In this document: in pieces, positions 41,036 through 43,811 of the stretch
How the letters are laid out: every line of letters starts with the position of its first letter
Position numbering within the stretch: position 1 is the stretch's first letter
Origin: an uncultured Candidatus Saccharibacteria bacterium
GTDB lineage: Bacteria > Patescibacteriota > Minisyncoccia > Phycocordibacterales > SBAW01
NCBI GenBank assembly: GCA_964363205.1
Contig: CAYIHD010000004.1
Location: forward strand, 1-43,811
Direction: 5' to 3'
Length of the DNA: 43,811 nucleotides
The notes under the pieces: model-generated
The model's database searches: none
What the model was told of the DNA's origin: nothing
What the model saw: only the letters and a program-made list of their open reading frames with translations
Made by a program: the position numbers and the translations under genes

Positions 41036-41701
41036 TCAGTAGAGGACGATGCCTCCGTCGGGCGACGGAAAGGTTTTGTCCCCCGCAAAGGCCCACAGCG
41101 GCGCCTTTGCCATAATCTGTCCGTTTACCGTGCCGGTAAACTGGTGGTCGCAATTGTTGATGACCACCAGCTCACGGCGTGAGGCTTTGGAGAACGAGTC
41201 GCGGTAGAGTTCGCCGACCGGCAAACCAACACCATCATGATCGCCGATGACGATGCAAACCTCGCCCGTATAGCGCTCGAGTGTACTGCGCGGGAATTCG
41301 CCCAAGAGTGATTTGCTCGCCGACGGTTCCATAAGCAGGATTTTGCTGATGTGTGGATTTTGGGCGGCAACGACGGCCGCCGCAAACCCTCCGGCCGAAA
41401 AGCCCATCAAGTAAATAGGGAGACCGCAGTTTTTCTGCACCCATCCGCATACCTCCCGAACGTCTGCAAGGAGGCTCTCTGTGTAGAGCCTCCCCGCCGG
41501 CCGCGTGACGTTGGGCATCCGCACGACCTGCAACAGATGCCTATTAACGAGATAGTCGGCCAGTTTGACGTATTTGTCGTTAAAGCCATTGACGTCGCTT
41601 TGATAGCCGGGAATGTTAATGATAGTAGCTTTGGGCGCAACCCAAACTCCATAATGGAGATAGGCACCGAAACCCCGACTCATGGTCAGTTCTTTTTGCA
41701 C
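41036..41701 (-). CDS. Alpha/beta-fold hydrolase (esterase/dienelactone-hydrolase-like)
   Basis: Nucleophile elbow YLMGFSAGGFAA (GxSxG), acid candidate VIGDHDG and His candidate NNCDHQF. I chose the GTG at 41701 because GGAGGA lies 5 nt upstream; the ATG at 41683 is an alternative. The track start at 41761 lies inside an upstream terminator. Confidence 0.75.
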   Translation of the reverse strand: MQKELTMSRGFGAYLHYGVWVAPKATIINIPGYQSDVNGFNDKYVKLADYLVNRHLLQVVRMPNVTRPAGRLYTESLLADVREVCGWVQKNCGLPIYLMGFSAGGFAAAVVAAQNPHISKILLMEPSASKSLLGEFPRSTLERYTGEVCIVIGDHDGVGLPVGELYRDSFSKASRRELVVINNCDHQFTGTVNGQIMAKAPLWAFAGDKTFPSPDGGIVLY

Positions 41702-41715
41702 GGTAATCCTCCGAT

Positions 41716-41919
41716 TTATTCGTCTAGGTATGTTTTTACAATAAAAATCCGCCCAGCGCAAGCTGGGCGGTGACTGACTTTTTCCGGAACTTTTTCCGGC
41801 ACTCTGACCGGTCTGCGCTCCGGCGCTGGCGCCGGAGCCGGTTGCGGCACATGTATCGGATTCGGCACAGTCCTGGGTATATCTATCGGGACTGCGCCCG
41901 GTTGATGCGCGCTTGTCAT
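41716..41919 (-). CDS. Candidate 67-aa proline-rich ORF, ATGA-coupled to the upstream gene
   Basis: The ATG at 41919 overlaps the TGA of the 350-aa gene (ATGA). The peptide is MTSAHQPGAVPIDIPRTVPNPIHVPQPAPAPAPERRPVRVPEKVPEKV.... The ORF reads through the terminator stem, so its end or its reality is doubtful. Confidence 0.3.
   Translation of the reverse strand: MTSAHQPGAVPIDIPRTVPNPIHVPQPAPAPAPERRPVRVPEKVPEKVSHRPACAGRIFIVKTYLDE
41741..41770 (-). terminator. Intrinsic terminator
   Basis: A 9-bp stem: CCGCCCAGC (41749..41757) pairs with GCTGGGCGG (41762..41770). On the minus strand it is followed by ATTTTTATTG. The stem sequence resembles the one at 41010..41030. Confidence 0.75.
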
Positions 41920-42968
41920 GTGCTTTTTCCTATCTGCAGTCTTCGTGTGCGGTTTGACCGCTCCAGTAATTCGGCGCGGTACTTTTTTAGAAGCTGGTCC
42001 ATGTCCCACAGGATACCCATAGGACCCTCAGGTGGTTTGTCCGAAAAGTAATGCCTGCCGATACGATTGACCCGCAGGACATCCTCGAGCGTGTAGGACA
42101 TCAGTTCCTGCAACGCCCGCATAAATGCATCGTCGCCGTCTTCGACCACGGCATCTTTGGCGGAGTGTTGCGAGCGCACCCACGGCGCGCCCGGAAGGTG
42201 TTCGAGCATATGCCGTTTAAGCAGCGACTGGAGGTCGTTCTCAAACCGCATACCGAGTTCAGACCAAAAACCGTCTTCCTCCATATGACACATCAACGAA
42301 GCGATCAAGTTGATGTTATGGATGTCGAGCTTGCTTTTGGCGGTAAGGATATCCGTGCGCCCGTTGTCGAACGGAAGTTGTGCATACACGAACGGCCGGC
42401 CATGGAACGGCAGCCCCCACCAATTGAAGTCCTTGTCGAAGTCGCCGACGGCGTCGTAGAGGACCAGGCGCTTGCCGCGGTCATACTTGCTGTGAGTAGC
42501 AAACTTTGAGAACGTCGTCGCAAAGTCCCCCAGCGTATAGAGCCGCAGTACGTCCGACCCGAGGTAAAACGCGATGGCAAGTAGCCCCGCGTGTTTTGGC
42601 GTAAGCCTGCCCGGAGAGCAGACCTGAATCTGTATCTCGTCGTTGTCGAATATCTTGGACTTTGTGGCAAGCTCGATGGCTTCGAGCAGTTGGATCGCGG
42701 TGCGGACACTGCCGACGGGCGGCAGTACCCAGCACAGCGACGCGTACTCGTTTTTATAGCGGTTGACCTCCAGGATGTTACCGGTGCCACCCAACTCATC
42801 GATGATGCCGTTAAACTGCTTGCCGTCGCCCAGACAGTGGATCTTGAGACCCACCGACAGCAAGCCGTGTTCGACACGACGTCGATTTATACTAATCGTG
42901 TCGACCAAGGTCGGCGCGGCCGGGTACAGCAAGTAGAGCAAATCTTCGAGGTTGTACCGGTATGACAC
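41916..42968 (-). CDS. Hypothetical protein downstream of the atp operon
   Basis: 350 aa with a GTG start preceded by AGGGAGA (5 nt). I recognise no motif. Confidence 0.75.
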   Translation of the reverse strand: MSYRYNLEDLLYLLYPAAPTLVDTISINRRRVEHGLLSVGLKIHCLGDGKQFNGIIDELGGTGNILEVNRYKNEYASLCWVLPPVGSVRTAIQLLEAIELATKSKIFDNDEIQIQVCSPGRLTPKHAGLLAIAFYLGSDVLRLYTLGDFATTFSKFATHSKYDRGKRLVLYDAVGDFDKDFNWWGLPFHGRPFVYAQLPFDNGRTDILTAKSKLDIHNINLIASLMCHMEEDGFWSELGMRFENDLQSLLKRHMLEHLPGAPWVRSQHSAKDAVVEDGDDAFMRALQELMSYTLEDVLRVNRIGRHYFSDKPPEGPMGILWDMDQLLKKYRAELLERSNRTRRLQIGKST

Positions 42969-43034
42969 GGGCGTCTCCCTTTGTTAAAGAACCCTGCTCT
43001 GTATGTACCACAGCCCGCGGGCACGGGCAAGAAT

Positions 43035-43271
43035 TTACAAAATCACGGTCGCGCCGTCGGCGCGGACCTCGAGGACGCCTCTTTGAATTTGAAAAATTTG
43101 CGGCTCGGCGTTTGGCGCCGTGCGCACGCGGACCTCGCCCGGTTTTAGCGTTGTGATAAGCGGCTCGTGGTGGCCAAGCACGGTCATCTCACCCGCCGCG
43201 CCGGGCAAGGTCATCGAGTAGGCTTCGCCCTCAAACAAAACCTCGTCAACTTTTGCAATCACTACGTGCAT
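43035..43271 (-). CDS. atpC: F-type ATP synthase subunit epsilon, beta-sandwich domain only
   Basis: 78 aa. LFEGEAYSMTLPGAAGEMTVLGHHEPLITTLKPGEVRV is a typical epsilon N-terminal domain. The C-terminal helical hairpin is absent. It lies directly after atpD. Confidence 0.85.
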   Translation of the reverse strand: MHVVIAKVDEVLFEGEAYSMTLPGAAGEMTVLGHHEPLITTLKPGEVRVRTAPNAEPQIFQIQRGVLEVRADGATVIL

Positions 43272-43276
43272 ATAGG

Positions 43277-43294
43277 TATCCAGGACGGTCCTGG
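43277..43294. repeat. Second copy of the 18-nt palindromic core TATCCAGGACGGTCCTGG, in the atpD-atpC spacer
   Basis: Identical to 22629..22646. The local palindrome is CCAGGAC-G-GTCCTGG (43280..43294). Confidence 0.9.
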
Positions 43295-43296
43295 TA

Positions 43297-43811
<515 letters not shown>

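Noticed and set aside
39967-41088. The 373-aa version of the proline-rich membrane protein ORF.
   Set aside because: Its first 78 codons run antisense through the tRNA-Ala gene (40926-40998). The ATG at 40854 starts directly with a hydrophobic helix.

Overview
This window is GC-rich and coded almost entirely on the minus strand. It looks like a reduced-genome bacterium, possibly CPR/Patescibacteria. That placement is inferred from a short AlaRS and YchF, a DUF5671-like protein, a sigma-region-4/HARE-HTH fusion, an ATP-cone nuclease and a truncated ATP synthase epsilon.

Housekeeping genes I recognise:
- grpE-dnaK and rpsI-rplM
- the alpha-operon tail: infA-rpmJ-rpsM-rpsK-rpsD-rpoA-rplQ
- alaS, pepO (M13 peptidase, + strand) and the repair genes ung, MGMT and a Cas4-like nuclease
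- mgtC, mnmA, mltG, leuS, ychF, tRNA-Ala(GGC) and atpD-atpC

The main finding is a block of about 10 kb (about 8.4-18.7 kb) between the infA-proximal genes and alaS. It holds eight ORFs I cannot place in any known pathway or named system:
- a 430-aa all-alpha coiled-coil protein
- a 387-aa orphan translationally coupled to a 673-aa classical-clade AAA+ ATPase
- a 429-aa orphan
- a 203-aa and a 567-aa membrane protein pair
- a patatin-like lipase with its own promoter
- a divergent 145-aa single-TM protein

The block is cut into terminator-bounded units. A 20-bp perfect palindrome sits inside a TTGACA-17-TAAATA promoter, and a G22 homopolymer lies inside the operon. Every gene in the block has a strong Shine-Dalgarno (SD) sequence, whereas the surrounding housekeeping genes mostly have none and several look leaderless.

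Smaller observations:
- a 32-bp exact repeat (plus one degenerate copy) framing an ArsR/ParB-like gene pair
- an 18-nt palindromic core shared by pepO and the atpD-atpC spacer
- a more AT-rich two-gene islet next to alaS
- a structured leuS leader with a uORF

I saw no rRNA, CRISPR array, integrase or transposase. All functional calls come from motif reading by eye; no searches were run.
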